From Tubulanus polymorphus (lineage: Eukaryota; Animalia; Nemertea): a DNA stretch of 64,000 bases. The translations under genes were made by a program, and so were the position numbers. Under the pieces are notes generated by a model. That model saw only the letters and a list, made by a program, of their open reading frames with translations, searched no databases and was not told the DNA's origin. The stretch spans positions 11,992,850 to 12,056,849 of the forward strand of contig NC_134029.1 of NCBI RefSeq assembly GCF_964204645.1, read 5' to 3'. Below are positions 15,001 through 29,529 of the stretch, one piece after another; the first letter of the stretch is position 1; the number at the start of each line of letters is the position of its first letter.

Positions 15001-18000
15001 TTTGGTTTTATCGCCCGCGACAATTCATTATTTTGGTTTTATCGCCCGCGACAATTCATTATTTTGGTTTTGTCGCACGCGACAATTCAAGATTTTGGTT
15101 TTATCGCCCGCGACAATTCATTTTTTGGATTTGTCGCCCACGACAATTCAATATTTTGGTTTTATCGCCCGCGACAATGCATTATTTTGGTTTTATCGCC
15201 TGCGACAATTCATTATTTTGGTTTTATCGCCCGCGACAATTCATTAGTTTGGTTTTGTCGCCCGCGACAATTCATTTTTTTGGTTTTATCGTCTGCGACA
15301 ATTCAAGATTTTGGTTTTATCGCCCGCGACAATTCATTTTTTGGATTTGTCGCCCACGACAATTCAATATTTTGGTTTTATCGCCCGCGACAATTCATTA
15401 TTTTGGTTTTATCCCCCGGACAATTTTTTTTTTTTTTTGTCACGGTTTTATCGCCCGCGACAATTCATTATTTTGGTTTTATCGCCCGCGACAATTCATT
15501 ATTTTGGTTTTGTCGCACGCGACAATTCAAGATTTTGGTTTTATCGCCCGCGACAATTCATTTTTTGGATTTGTCGCCCACGACAATTCAATATTTTGGT
15601 TTTATCGCCCGCGACAATGCATTATTTTGGTTTTATCGCCTGCGACAATTCATTATTTTGGTTTTATCGCCCGCGACAATTCATTAGTTTGGTTTTGTCG
15701 CCCGCGACAATTCATTTTTTTGGTTTTATCGTCTGCGACAATTCATTATTTTGGTTTTATCGCCCGCGACAATTCATTAGTTTGGTTTTGTCGCCCGCGA
15801 CAATTCATTTTTTTGGTTTTATCGTCTGCGACAATTCAAGATTTTGGTTTTATCGCCCGCGACAATTCATTTTTTGGATTTGTCGCCCACGACAATTCAA
15901 GATTTTGGTTTTATCGCCCGCGACAATTCATTTTTTGGATTTGTCGCCCACGACAATTCAATATTTTGGTTTTATCGCCCGCGACAATTCATTATTTTGG
16001 TTTTATCGCCCGCGACAATTTTTTTTTTTTTTGTCACGGTTTTATCGCCTGCGACACTTCAATATTTTGGTTTTATCGCCCGCGACAATTCATTATTTTG
16101 GTTTTATCGCCCGCGACAATTCATTATTTTGGTTTTGTCGCACGCGACAATTCAAGATTTTGGTTTTATCGCCCGCGACAATTCATTTTTTGGATTTGTC
16201 GCCCACGACAATTCAATATTTTGGTTTTGTCGCCCGCGACAATGCATTATTTTGGTTTTATCGCCTGCGACAATTCATTATTTTGGTTTTATCGCCCGCG
16301 ACAATTCATTAGTTTGGTTTTGTCGCCCGCGACAATTGAATATTTTGTTTTTGTCGCCCGCGACAATTCATGATTTTGGTTTTATCGCCCGCGACAATTC
16401 ATTAATTTGGTTTTGTCGCCTGCGACACTTCAATATTTTGGTTTTATCGCCTGCGACAATTCATTATTTTGGTTTTATCGCCCACGACAATTCATTAGTT
16501 TGGTTTTATCACCGCGACAAAACAATATTTTGGTTTTGTCGCCTGCGACAATTCATTATTTTGGTTTTATCGCCCGCGACAATTCATTAGTTTGGTTTTG
16601 TCGCCCGCGACAATTGAATATTTTGTTTTTGTCGCCCGCGACAATTCATGATTTTGGTTTTATCGCCCGCGACAATTCATTTTTTTGGTTTTATCGTCTG
16701 CGACAATTTATTATTTTGGTTTTATCGCCCGCGACAATTCATTTTTTTGGTTTTATCGTCTGCGACAATTCATTATTTTGGTTTTATCGCCCGCGACAAT
16801 TCATTAATTTGGTTTTGTCACCCGCGACAAAACAATATTTTGGTTTTATCGCCCGCGACAATTTTTTTTTCTTTTTGTCGCGGTTTTGTCGCCTGCGACA
16901 CTTCAATATTTTGGTTTTATCGCCTGCGACAATTCATTATTTTGGTTTTATCGCCCACGACAATTCATTAGTTTGGTTTTGTCGCCCGCGACAATTGAAT
17001 ATTTTGTTTTTGTCGCCCCGACAATTCATGATTTTGGATTTGACGCCCCCGACAATTCATTATTTTGGTTTTATCGCCCGCGACAATTCATTATTTTGGT
17101 TTTATCGCCCGCGACAATTCATTAATTTGGTTTTGTCACCCGCGACAAAACAATATTTTGGTTTTGTCGCCCACGACAATTCAATATTTTGGTTTTATCG
17201 CCCGCGACAATTCATTATTTTGGTTTTATCGCCCGCGACAATTTTTCTTTCTTTTTGTCATGGTTTTATTGCCTGCGACACTTCAATATTTTGGTTTTAT
17301 CGCCTGCGACAATTCATTATTTTGGTTTTATCGCCCGTGACAATTCATTAGTTTGGTTTTGTCGCCCGCGACAATTGAATATTTTGTTTTTGTCGCCCGC
17401 GACAATTCATGATTTTGGTTTTATCGCCCGCGACAATTCATTTTTTTGGTTTTATCGTCTGCGACAATTTATTATTTTGGTTTTATCGCCCGCGACAATT
17501 CATTATTTTGGTTTTATCGCCCGCGACAATTTTTTTTTTTTTTTGTCACGGTTTTATCGCCTGCGACACTTCAATATTTTGGTTTTATCGCCCGCGACAA
17601 TTCATTATTTTGGTTTTATCGCCCGCGACAATTCATTAGTTTGGTTTTGTCGCCCGCGACAATTGAATATTTTGTTTTTGTCGCCCGCGACAATTCATGA
17701 TTTTGGTTTTATCGCCCGCGACAATTCATTAATTTGGTTTTGTCGCCTGCGACACTTCAATATTTTGGTTTTATCGCCTGCGACAATTCATTATTTTGGT
17801 TTTATCGCCCACGACAATTCATTAGTTTGGTTTTATCACCGCGACAAAACAATATTTTGGTTTTGTCGCCTGCGACAATTCATTATTTTGGTTTTATCGC
17901 CCGCGACAATTCATTAGTTTGGTTTTGTCGCCCGCGACAATTGAATATTTTGTTTTTGTCGCCCGCGACAATTCATGATTTTGGTTTTATCGCCCGCGAC

Positions 18001-21000
18001 AATTCATTTTTTTGGTTTTATCGTCTGCGACAATTTATTATTTTGGTTTTATCGCCCGCGACAATTCATTTTTTTGGTTTTATCGTCTGCGACAATTCAT
18101 TATTTTGGTTTTATCGCCCGCGACAATTCATTAATTTGGTTTTGTCACCCGCGACAAAACAATATTTTGGTTTTATCGCCCGCGACAATTTTTTTTTCTT
18201 TTTGTCGCGGTTTTGTCGCCTGCGACACTTCAATATTTTGGTTTTATCGCCTGCGACAATTCATTATTTTGGTTTTATCGCCCACGACAATTCATTAGTT
18301 TGGTTTTGTCGCCCGCGACAATTGAATATTTTGTTTTTGTCGCCCCGACAATTCATGATTTTGGATTTGACGCCCCCGACAATTCATTATTTTGGTTTTA
18401 TCGCCCGCGACAATTCATTATTTTGGTTTTATCGCCCGCGACAATTCATTAATTTGGTTTTGTCACCCGCGACAAAACAATATTTTGGTTTTGTCGCCCA
18501 CGACAATTCAATATTTTGGTTTTATCGCCCGCGACAATTCATTATTTTGGTTTTATCGCCCGCGACAATTCATTAATTTGGTTTTATCACCGCGACAAAA
18601 CAATATTTTGGTTTTGTCGCCCACGACAATTCGATATTTTGGTTTTATCGCCCGCGACAATTCATTATTTTGGTTTTATCGCCCGCGACAATTCATTATT
18701 TTGGTTTTGTCGCACGCGACAATTCAAGATTTTGGTCTTATCGCCCGCGACAATTCATTTTTTGGATTTGTCGCCCACGACAATTCAATATTTTGGTTTT
18801 ATCGCCCGCGACAATTCATTATTTTGGTTTTATCGCCCGCGACAATTTTTCTTTCTTTTTGTCACGGTTTTATCGCCTGCGACACTTCAATATTTTGGTT
18901 TTATCGCCTGCGACAATTCATTATTTTGGTTTTATCGCCCGTGACAATTCATTAGTTTGGTTTTGTCGCCCGCGACAATTGAATATTTTGTTTTTGTCGC
19001 CCGCGACAATTCATGATTTTGGTTTTATCGCCCGCGACAATTCATTTTTTTGGTTTTATCGTCTGCGACAATTTATTATTTTGGTTTTATCGCCCGCGAC
19101 AATTCATTTTTTTGGTTTTATCGTCTGCGACAATTCATTATTTTGGTTTTATCGCCCGCGACAATTCATTAATTTGGTTTTGTCACCCGCGACAAAACAA
19201 TATTTTGGTTTTGTCGCCTGCGACAATTCAATATTTTGGTTTTATCGCCCGCGACAATTCATTATTTTGGTTTTATCGCCCGCGACAATTCATTATTCTG
19301 GTTTTATCACCCGCGACAAAACAATATTTTGGTTTTGTCGCCCTCGACAATTCAATATTTTGGTTTTATCGCCCGCGACAATTGATTATTTTGGTTTTGT
19401 CGCACGCGACAATAGCGACAATTCAAGATTTGGTTTTATCGCCCGCGACAATTCATTTTTTGGATTTGTCGCCCACGACAATTCAATATTTTGGTTTTAT
19501 CGCCCGCGACAATTCATTATTTTGGTTTTATCGCCCGCGACAATTTTTTTTTCTTTTTGTCGCGGTTTTGTCGCCTGCGACACTTCAATATTGTGGTTTT
19601 ATCGCCTGCGACAATTTATCATTTTGGTTTTATCGCCCACGTCAATTCATTATTTTGGTTTTATCGCCCGCGACAATTTTTTTTTCTTTTTGTCACGGTT
19701 TTATCGCCTGCGACACTTCAATATTTTGGTTTTATCGCCTGCGACAATTCATTATTTTGGTTTTATCGCCCGCGACAATTCATTAGTTTGGTTTTGTCGC
19801 CCGCGACAATTGAATATTTTGTTTTTGTCGCCCGCGACAATTCATGATTTTGGTTTTATCGCCCGCGACAATTCATTTTTTTGGTTTTATCGTCTGCGAC
19901 AATTTATTATTTTGGTTTTATCGCCCGCGACAATTCATTTTTTTGGTTTTATCGTCTGCGACAATTCATTATTTTGGTTTTATCGCCCGCGACAATTCAT
20001 TAATTTGGTTTTGTCACCCGCGACAAAACAATATTTTGGTTTTGTCGCCTGCGACAATTCAATATTTTGGTTTTATCGCCCGCGACAATTCATTATTTTG
20101 GTTTTATCGCCCGCGACAATTCATTATTCTGGTTTTATCACCCGCGACAAAACAATATTTTGGTTTTGTCGCCCTCGACAATTCAATATTTTGGTTTTAT
20201 CGCCCGCGACAATTGATTATTTTGGTTTTGTCGCACGCGACAATAGCGACAATTCAAGATTTTGGTTTTATCGCCCGCGACAATTCATTTTTTGGATTTG
20301 TCGCCCACGACAATTCAATATTTTGGTTTTATCGCCCGCGACAATTCATTATTTTGGTTTTATCGCCCGCGACAATTTTTTTTTCTTTTTGTCGCGGTTT
20401 TGTCGCCTGCGACACTTCAATATTGTGGTTTTATCGCCTGCGACAATTTATCATTTTGGTTTTATCGCCCACGTCAATTCATTAGTTTGGTTTTGTCGCC
20501 CGCGACAATTGAATATTTTGTTTTTGTCGCCCCGGCAATTCATGATTTTGGATTTGTCGCCCGCGACAATTCAATATTTTGGTTTTATCGCCAGCGACAA
20601 TTCATTATTTTGGTTTTATCGCCCGCGACAATTCATTATTTTGGTTTTATCGCCCGCGACAATTCATTAATTTGGTTTTGTCACCCGCGACAAAACAATA
20701 TTTTGGTTTTGTCGCCCACGACAATTCAATATTTTGGTTTTATCGCCCGCGACAATTCATTATTTTGGTTTTATCGCCCGCGACAATTCATTAATTTGGT
20801 TTTATCACCGCGACAAAACAATATTTTGGTTTTGTCGCCTGCGACAATTCATTATTTTGGTTTTATCGCCCGCGACAATTCATTAGTTTGGTTTTGTCGC
20901 CCGCGACAATTGAATATTTTGTTTTTGTCGCCCGCGACAATTCATGATTTAGGTTTTATCGCCCGCGACAATTCATTTTTTTGGTTTTATCGCCCGCGAC

Positions 21001-24000
21001 AATTCATTTTTTTGGTTTTATCGTCTGCGACAATTCATTATTTTGGTTTTATCGCCCGCGACAATTCATTAGTTTGGTTTTGTCGCCCGCGACAAAACAA
21101 TATTTTGGTTTTGTCGCCTGCGACAATTCATTAGTTTGGTTTTGTCGCCCGCGACAATTGAATATTTTGTTTTTATCGCCTGCGACAATTCATTATTTTG
21201 GTTTTATCGCCCACGACAATTCATTAGTTTAGTTTTGTCGCCCGCGACAATTGAATATTTTGTTTTTGTCGCCCCGACAATTCATGATTTTGGATTTGAC
21301 GCCCCCGACAATTCATTATTTTGGTTTTATCGCCCGCGACAATTCATTATTTTGGTTTTATCGCCCGCGACAATTCATTAATTTGGTTTTGTCACCCGCG
21401 ACAAAACAATATTTTGGTTTTGTCGCCCACGACAATTCAATATTTTGGTTTTATAGCCCGCGACAATTCATTTTTTTGGTTTTATCGTCTGTGACAATTT
21501 ATTATTTTGGTTTTATCGCCCGCGACAATTCATTTTTTTGGTTTTATCGTCCGCGACAATTCATTATTTTGGTTTTATCGCCCGCGACAATTCATTAAAT
21601 TGGTTTTGTCACCCGCGACAAAACAATATTTTGGTTTTGTCGCCTGCGACAATTCAATATTTTGGTTTTATCGCCCGCGACAATTCATTATTTTGGTTTT
21701 ATCGCCCGCGACAATTCATTATTCTGGTTTTATCACCCGCGACAAAACAATATTTTGGTTTTGTCGCCCTCGACAATTCAATATTTTGGTTTTATCGCCC
21801 GCGACAATTCATTATTTTGGTTTTGTCGCACGCGACAATAGCGACAATTCAAGATTTTGGTTTTATCGCCCGCGACAATTCATTTTTTGGATTTGTCGCC
21901 CACGACAATTCAATATTTTGGTTTTATCGCCCGCGACAATTCATTATTTTGGTTTTATCGCCCGCGACAATTTTTTTTTCTTTTTGTCGCGGTTTTGTCG
22001 CCTGCGACACTTCAATATTGTGGTTTTATCGCCTGCGACAATTTATTATTTTGGTTTTATCGCCCACGTCAATTCATTAGTTTGGTTTTGTCGCCCGCGA
22101 CAATTGAATATTTTGTTTTTGTCGCCCCGACAATTCATGATTTTGGATTTGTCGCCCGCGACAATTCAATATTTTGGTTTTATCGCCAGCGACAATTCAT
22201 TATTTTGGTTTTATCGCCCGCGACAATTCATTATTTTGGTTTTATCGCCCGCAACAATTCATTAATTTGGTTTTGTCACCCGCGACAAAACAATATTTTG
22301 GTTTTGTCGCCCACGACAATTCAATATTTTGGTTTTATCGCCCGCGACAATTCATTATTTTGGTTTTATCGCCCGCGACAATTCATTAATTTGGTTTTAT
22401 CACCGCGACAAAACAATATTTTGGTTTTGTCGCCTGCGACAATTCATTATTTTGGTTTTATCGCCCGCGACAATTCATTAGTTTGGTTTTGTCGCCCGCG
22501 ACAATTGAATATTTTGTTTTTGTCGCCCGCGACAATTCATGATTTTGGTTTTATCGCCCGCGACAATTCATTAATTTGGTTTTGTCGCCTGCGACACTTC
22601 AATATTTTGGTTTTATCGCCTGCGACAATTCATTATTTTGGTTTTATCGCCCGCGACAATTCATTAGTTTGGTTTTGTCGCCCGCGACAATTGAATATTT
22701 TGTTTTTGTCGCCCGCGACAATTCATGATTTTGGTTTTATCGCCCGCGACAATTCATTTTTTTGGTTTTATCGTCTGCGACAATTTATTATTTTGGTTTT
22801 ATCGCCCGCGACAATTCATTTTTTTGGTTTTATCGTCTGCGACAATTCATTATTTTGGTTTTATCGCCCGCGACAATTCATTAATTTGGTTTTGTCACCC
22901 GCGACAAAACAATATTTTGGTTTTATCGCCCGCGACAATTTTTTTTTCTTTTTGTCGCGGTTTTGTCGCCTGCGACACTTCAATATTTTGGTTTTATCGC
23001 CTGCGACAATTCATTATTTTGGTTTTATCGCCCACGACAATTCATTAGTTTGGTTTTGTCGCCCGCGACAATTGAATATTTTGTTTTTGTCGCCCCGACA
23101 ATTCATGATTTTGGATTTGACGCCCCCGACAATTCATTATTTTGGTTTTATCGCCCGCGACAATTCATTATTTTGGTTTTATCGCCCGCGACAATTCATT
23201 AATTTGGTTTTGTCACCCGGGACAAAACAATATTTTGGTTTTGTCGCCCACGACAATTCAATATTTTGGTTTTATTGCCCGCGACAATTCATTATTTTGG
23301 TTTTATCGCCCGCGACAATTCATTAATTTGGTTTTATCACCGCGACAAAACAATATTTTGGTTTTGTCGCCCACGACAATTCGATATTTTGGTTTTATCG
23401 CCCGCGACAATTCATTATTTTGGTTTTATCGCCCGCGACAATTCATTATTTTGGTTTTGTCGCACGCGACAATTTTTTTTTCTTTTTGTCACGGTTTTAT
23501 CGCCTGCGACACTTCAATATTTTGGTTTTATCGCCTGCGACAATTCATTATTTTGGTTTTATCGCCCGCGACAATTCATTAGTTTGGTTTTGTCGCCCGC
23601 GACAATTGAATATTTTGTTTTTGTCGCCCGCGACAATTCATGATTTTGGTTTTATCGCCCGCGACAATTCATTTTTTTGGTTTTATCGTCTGCGACAATT
23701 TATTATTTTGGTTTTATCGCCCGCGACAATTCATTTTTTTGGTTTTATCGTCTGCGACAATTCATTATTTTGGTTTTATCGCCCGCGACAATTCATTAAT
23801 TTGGTTTTGTCACCCGCGACAAAACAATATTTTGGTTTTGTCGCCTGCGACAATTCAATATTTTGGTTTTATCGCCCGCGACAATTCATTATTTTGGTTT
23901 TATCGCCCGCGACAATTCATTATTCTGGTTTTATCACCCGCGACAAAACAATATTTTGGTTTTGTCGCCCTCGACAATTCAATATTTTGGTTTTATCGCC

Positions 24001-26645
24001 CGCGAAAATTGATTATTTTGGTTTTGTCGCACGCGACAATAGCGACAATTCAAGATTTTGGTTTTATCGCCCGCGACAATTCATTTTTTGGATTTGTCGC
24101 CCACGACAATTCAATATTTTGGTTTTATCGCCCGCGACAATTCATTATTTTGGTTTTATCGCCCGCGACAATTTTTTTTTCTTTTTGTCGCGGTTTTGTC
24201 GCCTGCGACACTTCAATATTGTGGTTTTATCGCCTGCGACAATTTATCATTTTGGTTTTATCGCCCACGTCAATTCATTAGTTTGGTTTTGTCGCCCGCG
24301 ACAATTGAATATTTTGTTTTTGTCGCCCCGACAATTCATGATTTTGGATTTGTCGCCCGCGACAATTCAATATTTTGGTTTTATCGCCAGCGACAATTCA
24401 TTATTTTGGTTTTATCGCCCGCGACAATTCATTATTTTGGTTTTATCGCCCGCGACAATTCATTAATTTGGTTTTGTCACCCGCGACAAAACAATATTTT
24501 GGTTTTGTCGCCCACGACAATTCAATATTTTGGTTTTATCGCCCGCGACAATTCATTATTTTGGTTTTATCGCCCGCGACAATTCATTAATTTGGTTTTA
24601 TCACCGCGACAAAACAATATTTTGGTTTTGTCGCCTGCGACAATTCATTATTTTGGTTTTATCGCCCGTGACAATTCATTAGTTTGGTTTTGTCGCCCGC
24701 GACAATTGAATATTTTGTTTTTGTCACCCGCGACAATTCATGATTTAGGTTTTATCGCCCGCGACAATTCATTTTTTTGGTTTTATCGCCCGCGACAATT
24801 CATTTTTTTGGTTTTATCGCCCGCGACAATTCATTTTTTTGGTTTTATCGCCCGCGACAATTCATTTTTTTCGTTTTGTCGCCTGCGACAATTCATTAGT
24901 TTGGTTTTGTCGCCCGCGACAATTGAATATTTTGTTTTTATCGCCTGCGACAATTCATTAGTTTGGTTTTGTCGCCCGCGACAATTGAATATTTTGTTTT
25001 TGTCGCCCGCGACAATTCATGATTTTGGTTTTATAGCCCGCGACAATTCATTTTTTTGGTTTTATCGTCTGTGACAATTTATTATTTTGGTTTTATCGCC
25101 CGCGACAATTCATTTTTTTGGTTTTATCGTCCGCGACAATTCATTATTTTGGTTTTATCGCCCGCGACAATTCATTAATTTGGTTTTGTCACCCGCGACA
25201 AAACAATAGTTTGGTTTTGTCGCCTGCGACAATTCAATATTTTGGTTTTATCGCCCGCGACAATTCATTATTTTGGTTTTATCGCCCGCGACAATTCATT
25301 ATTCTGGTTTTATCACCCGCGACAAAACAATATTTTGGTTTCGTCGCCCTCGACAATTCAATATTTTGGTTTTATCGCCCGCGACAATTCATTATTTTGG
25401 TTTTGTCGCACGCGACAATAGCGACAATTCAAGATTTTGGTTTTATCGCCCGCGACAATTCATTTTTTGGATTTGTCGCCCACGACAATTCGATATTTTG
25501 GTTTTATCGCCCGCGACAATTCATTATTTTGGTTTTATCGCCCGCGACAATTTTTTTTTCTTTTTGTCGCGGTTTTGTCGCCTGCGACACTTCAATATTG
25601 TGGTTTTATCGCCTGCGACAATTTATTATTTTGGTTTTATCGCCCACGTCAATTCATTAGTTTGGTTTTGTCGCCCGCGACAATTGAATATTTTGTTTTT
25701 GTCGCCGCGACAATTCATGATTTTGGATTTGTCGCCCGCGACAATTCAATATTTTGGTTTTATCGCCAGCGACAATTCATTATTTTGGTTTTATCGCCCG
25801 CGACAATTCATTATTTTGGTTTTATCGCCCGCGACAATTCATTAATTTGGTTTTGTCACCCGCGACAAAACAATATTTTGGTTTTGTCGCCCACGACAAT
25901 TCAATATTTTGGTTTTATCGCCCGCGACAATTCATTATTTTGGTTTTATCGCCCGCGACAATTCATTAATTTGGTTTTATCACCGCGACAAAACAATATT
26001 TTGGTTTTGTCACCCACGACAATTCAATATTTTGGTTTTATCGCCCGCGACAATTCATTATTTTGGTTTTATCGCCCGCGACAATTTTTTTTTTCTTTTT
26101 GTCACGGTTTTATCGCCTGCGACACTTCAATATTTTGGTTTTATCGCCTGCGACAATTCATTATTTTGGTTTTATCGCCCGCACCAATTCATTAGTTTGG
26201 TTTTGTCGCCCGCGACAATTGAATATTTTGTTTTTGTCGCCCGCGACAATTCATGATTTTGGTTTTATCGCCCGCGACAATTCATTTTTTTGGTTTTATC
26301 GTCTGCGACAATTTATTATTTTGGTTTTATCGCCCGCGACAATTCATTAGTTTGGTTTTGTTGCCCGCGACAATTGAATATTTTGGTTTTGTTGTCCGTG
26401 ACAATTCATTATTTTGGTTTTATCGCCCACGACAATTGATTATTTTGGTTTTATCGCCCGCGACAATTGATTATTTTGGTTTTATCGCCCGCGACAATTC
26501 ATTAGTTTGGTTTTGTTGCCCGCGACAATTCATTTTTTTGGTTTTGTCGCCCGCGACAATTCAATATTTTGATTTTATCGCCAGCGACAATTGATTATTT
26601 TGGTTTTATCGCCCGTGACAATTAATTTTTTTGGTTTTGTCGCCT
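1..26645. repeat. Satellite DNA array, 31-bp monomer (consensus GGTTTT(A/G)TCGCCCGCGACAATTCATTATTTT), with higher-order repeats; runs off the left edge of the window
   Basis: Uninterrupted tandem 30-31-bp monomers (occasional ~40-bp variants), all in one orientation. The variant block at position 1 recurs at 3775 and 7765. Array ends abruptly at ...TTTTGTCGCCTACATT (~26645). Confidence 0.98.
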
Positions 26646-26735
26646 ACATTATTAGCTTTTGAATAGTTAGGCCAATTAATAACGTATTAAAGACTTATGC
26701 TTTCGCCTATTTTGAAGTCGATTAATCTGATATAG

Positions 26736-27151
26736 TACGGAAGCGATAAAGGGCCTCGAGTCGTCGCGTTCAAACTCGACAAGTCGCCATATTTATGTCG
26801 ATATATCGCGATATATCGTATCAAGTCCACATGAATATGTCTACATATCGTGACGTTTTCACGACAAATTTCGCTTATTTGCTCATTTTCCACGGGACAA
26901 GCCGTCATTTGAAGACATGTCTAAATGTAAGATGAGGACGCCAGTAATATGACGACTGAGTTTCAAGTCGTCATGAATATGTCGACTTGTCGCGAGGAAA
27001 ATGGTTGAGAAAACGAAATATGTCGTCAAAACGTCACGATATATCGACATGTTCATGTCGACTTGACGCGATATGTCGCGTCAAGTCGACAATAATATGG
27101 TGACTTGTCGAGTTGGAACGCGTCATCTCGAGGCCCCTTATCGCTTCCGTA
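26736..27151. mobile_element. MITE with long (~120 bp) imperfect TIRs and 7-bp target-site duplication
   Basis: Left end TACGGAAGCGATAAAGGGCCTCGAG, right end CTCGAGGCCCCTTATCGCTTCCGTA. GATATAG flanks both ends (26729-26735, 27152-27158). Confidence 0.8.
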
Positions 27152-28760
27152 GATATAGTGTCGAATATTAAGGTCATTTTGGCAGATCCCTTTTTTTTTA
27201 AAGTGATATTAAAGCGATCATTCAAGTGATCCTACTTAATGAAAGATCTACGGAAGCGATAAAGGGCCTCGAGTTGTTGCGTTCCAACTCGACAAGTCGC
27301 CATATTTATGTCGATATATCGCATCAATTCGACATGAATATGTCGACATATCGTGACGTTTTGACGACTTGAAACTCAGTCCTCATCTTTCAACAACGCC
27401 AGTCACATGGAGTCGTACGTGTTCTACTTTCTGCGACGCGACACGACTGTCACAACCAACCGACGCGCTCTTGCGACTGGCAGAAACTAGTCGCACACAA
27501 TCGTATTGCAAGTGACTTGCATCGAATTTTGCGATGCAACGCGAGGATCGCATCGTGTCACAAGAACAACCTACGTCTGGCTTTAAGTTACTGCGGAGCA
27601 CCAGAAATATCTTTTTTTTTCGTTCAAAAGACCTTTCGCTTGAAAATTCTTTCGTCGGAACAAAATTTATTTCGTTCGATATAATATTCTATACAATTGA
27701 ACCAATTTGAAAAAATCGTTAGAACAAAGTTGAACAAACTTTTTTTGTCCAAACGAAAGGTTTTTCGTTCGAACAATCATTCAATTGAACAGAATCGTTT
27801 TAATTTGAACAGAATTTTCTTGTCAGAACATTAAGTTTTTCGTTCGAACAAGTATATTGAAAAAAGTTTTTTCTCCGAAGAGTCGCCATATTTATGTCGA
27901 TATATCGCGATATATCGCGTCAAGTCTACATGAATAGACGCGGTATATATATCGCGGTATGTCGACATAAATATGGCGACTTGTCGAGTTGGAACGCGAC
28001 ATCTCGAGGCCCCTTATCCTTCTGTACATATAGTGTCGAATATTAAGGTCATTTTGGCAGATTCTTTTTTTTTTAAGTGATATTAAAGCGATCATTCAAG
28101 TGATCCTACTTAATGAAAGATCTACGGAAGCGATAAAGGGCCTCGAGTTGTCGCGTTCCAACTCGACAAGTCGCCATATTTATGTCGATATATCGCGATA
28201 TATCGCATCAAGTCAACATAAATATGTTGACACGTCGTGACTTTTTGACGAATTGAAACTCAGTCGTCATATCACTGGCGTCCTCATCTTTCAGCAACGC
28301 CAGTCACATGGAGTCGTACGTGTTCTACTTTCTGCGACGCGACACGACTGTCACAACCAACCGACGCGCTCTTGCGACTGGCAGAAACTAGTCGCATACA
28401 ATCGTATTGCAACCGACTTGCACTGAAACTTGCGATGCAACGCGAGGATCGCATCGTGTCACAAGACCAACCTACATTCGGCTTTAAGTTACTGATTTCA
28501 AAAGACCTTTCGCTTGAAAATTCTTTCGTCAGAACAAAATTTATTTCGTTCGAACCAATAATATTCTATACGATTGAACCAATTTGAAAAAAAATCGTAA
28601 GAACAAAGTTGAACAAACATTTTTTTGTCCAAACGAAAGGTTTTTCGTTCGAACAATCGTTCAATTGAACAGAATCTTTTTTAATTTGAACAGAATTTTC
28701 TTGTCAGAACATTAAGTTTTTCGTTCGAACAAGTATATTGAAAAAAGTTTTTTCTCCGAA
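27075..28760. repeat. Tandem segmental duplication, period 874 bp, containing MITE half-copies and TTCGTTCGAAC-rich repeats
   Basis: GAAAGATC-TACGGAAGCG recurs at 27249 and 28123, with colinear flanks on both sides. Confidence 0.85.
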
Positions 28761-29529
28761 CCGAAAGTATGAAGTATTTCGTTCAATCGAACAGAATTGT
28801 TTTCATTCAAACATTCGTTCGAAAAAATTGTTTTCGCTCGACCAAATTTTTTTGCCGGGACTTAAAATTTTTCATTTCAACAATAACATAGCTTTTTATT
28901 CGAACACATTTTTTGTCAGAATGAAGAAACTTTTTGGTTCAAGCAAAAAGCGTATTGTTCGATCAAACAGAATTATTTCATTCGAACAAGATTTTCTTGT
29001 TGGAACATTAAGTTTTTTGATCGAACAGAGTGTTAAGGTCGATTTGGAAATTTACTCGGTCTGGTATATGTTGGATTACTGTGTATGTCATTTGTCAGGA
29101 CATTAAACAGAAGACAACTTAGGATACTACCTTGCGTGACTCCACTAGTTTGACCGACTTATTCCAAGATGAGGCGTTCCGTTGATTTCGGCTACAAGTT
29201 TTCGTTCAGAGATAACTGCTGAGCCATTTGGGCGACCTATCATTGATACTGTTTCCTAATAGCCTGTTTAGTAATGGCTGATGTTGTGCCTTATTAAATG
29301 CTTCGTCGAAATCCACCGTTGAACAGGATTCTAAGACTGTGCAGAAAACCCGTTATCGCTGCTTTGCAGCTATATTTATTATTATTTTCTTCCACACTAT
29401 TTTTACCAAAAGAACATAGGCTTTGTTACCTTACCGCTGTTTCATATACAATCCATATAATATCGTTCAGCTCACTGAGATCTACAAATAGCCCGCGTGT
29501 TTTTTCACGAATCGTCGTTACAACAGACA

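Noticed and set aside
39-26594. Over 100 overlapping ORFs up to 666 aa (MVLSPATIH...)
   Set aside because: Artefact of a stop-poor 31-bp repeat: the same peptides cycle through all three frames, and most start at TTG.
1-26645. CRISPR-like appearance of a ~31-bp palindromic repeat
   Set aside because: Monomers are contiguous with no unique spacers, no cas genes are present, and the context is eukaryotic.
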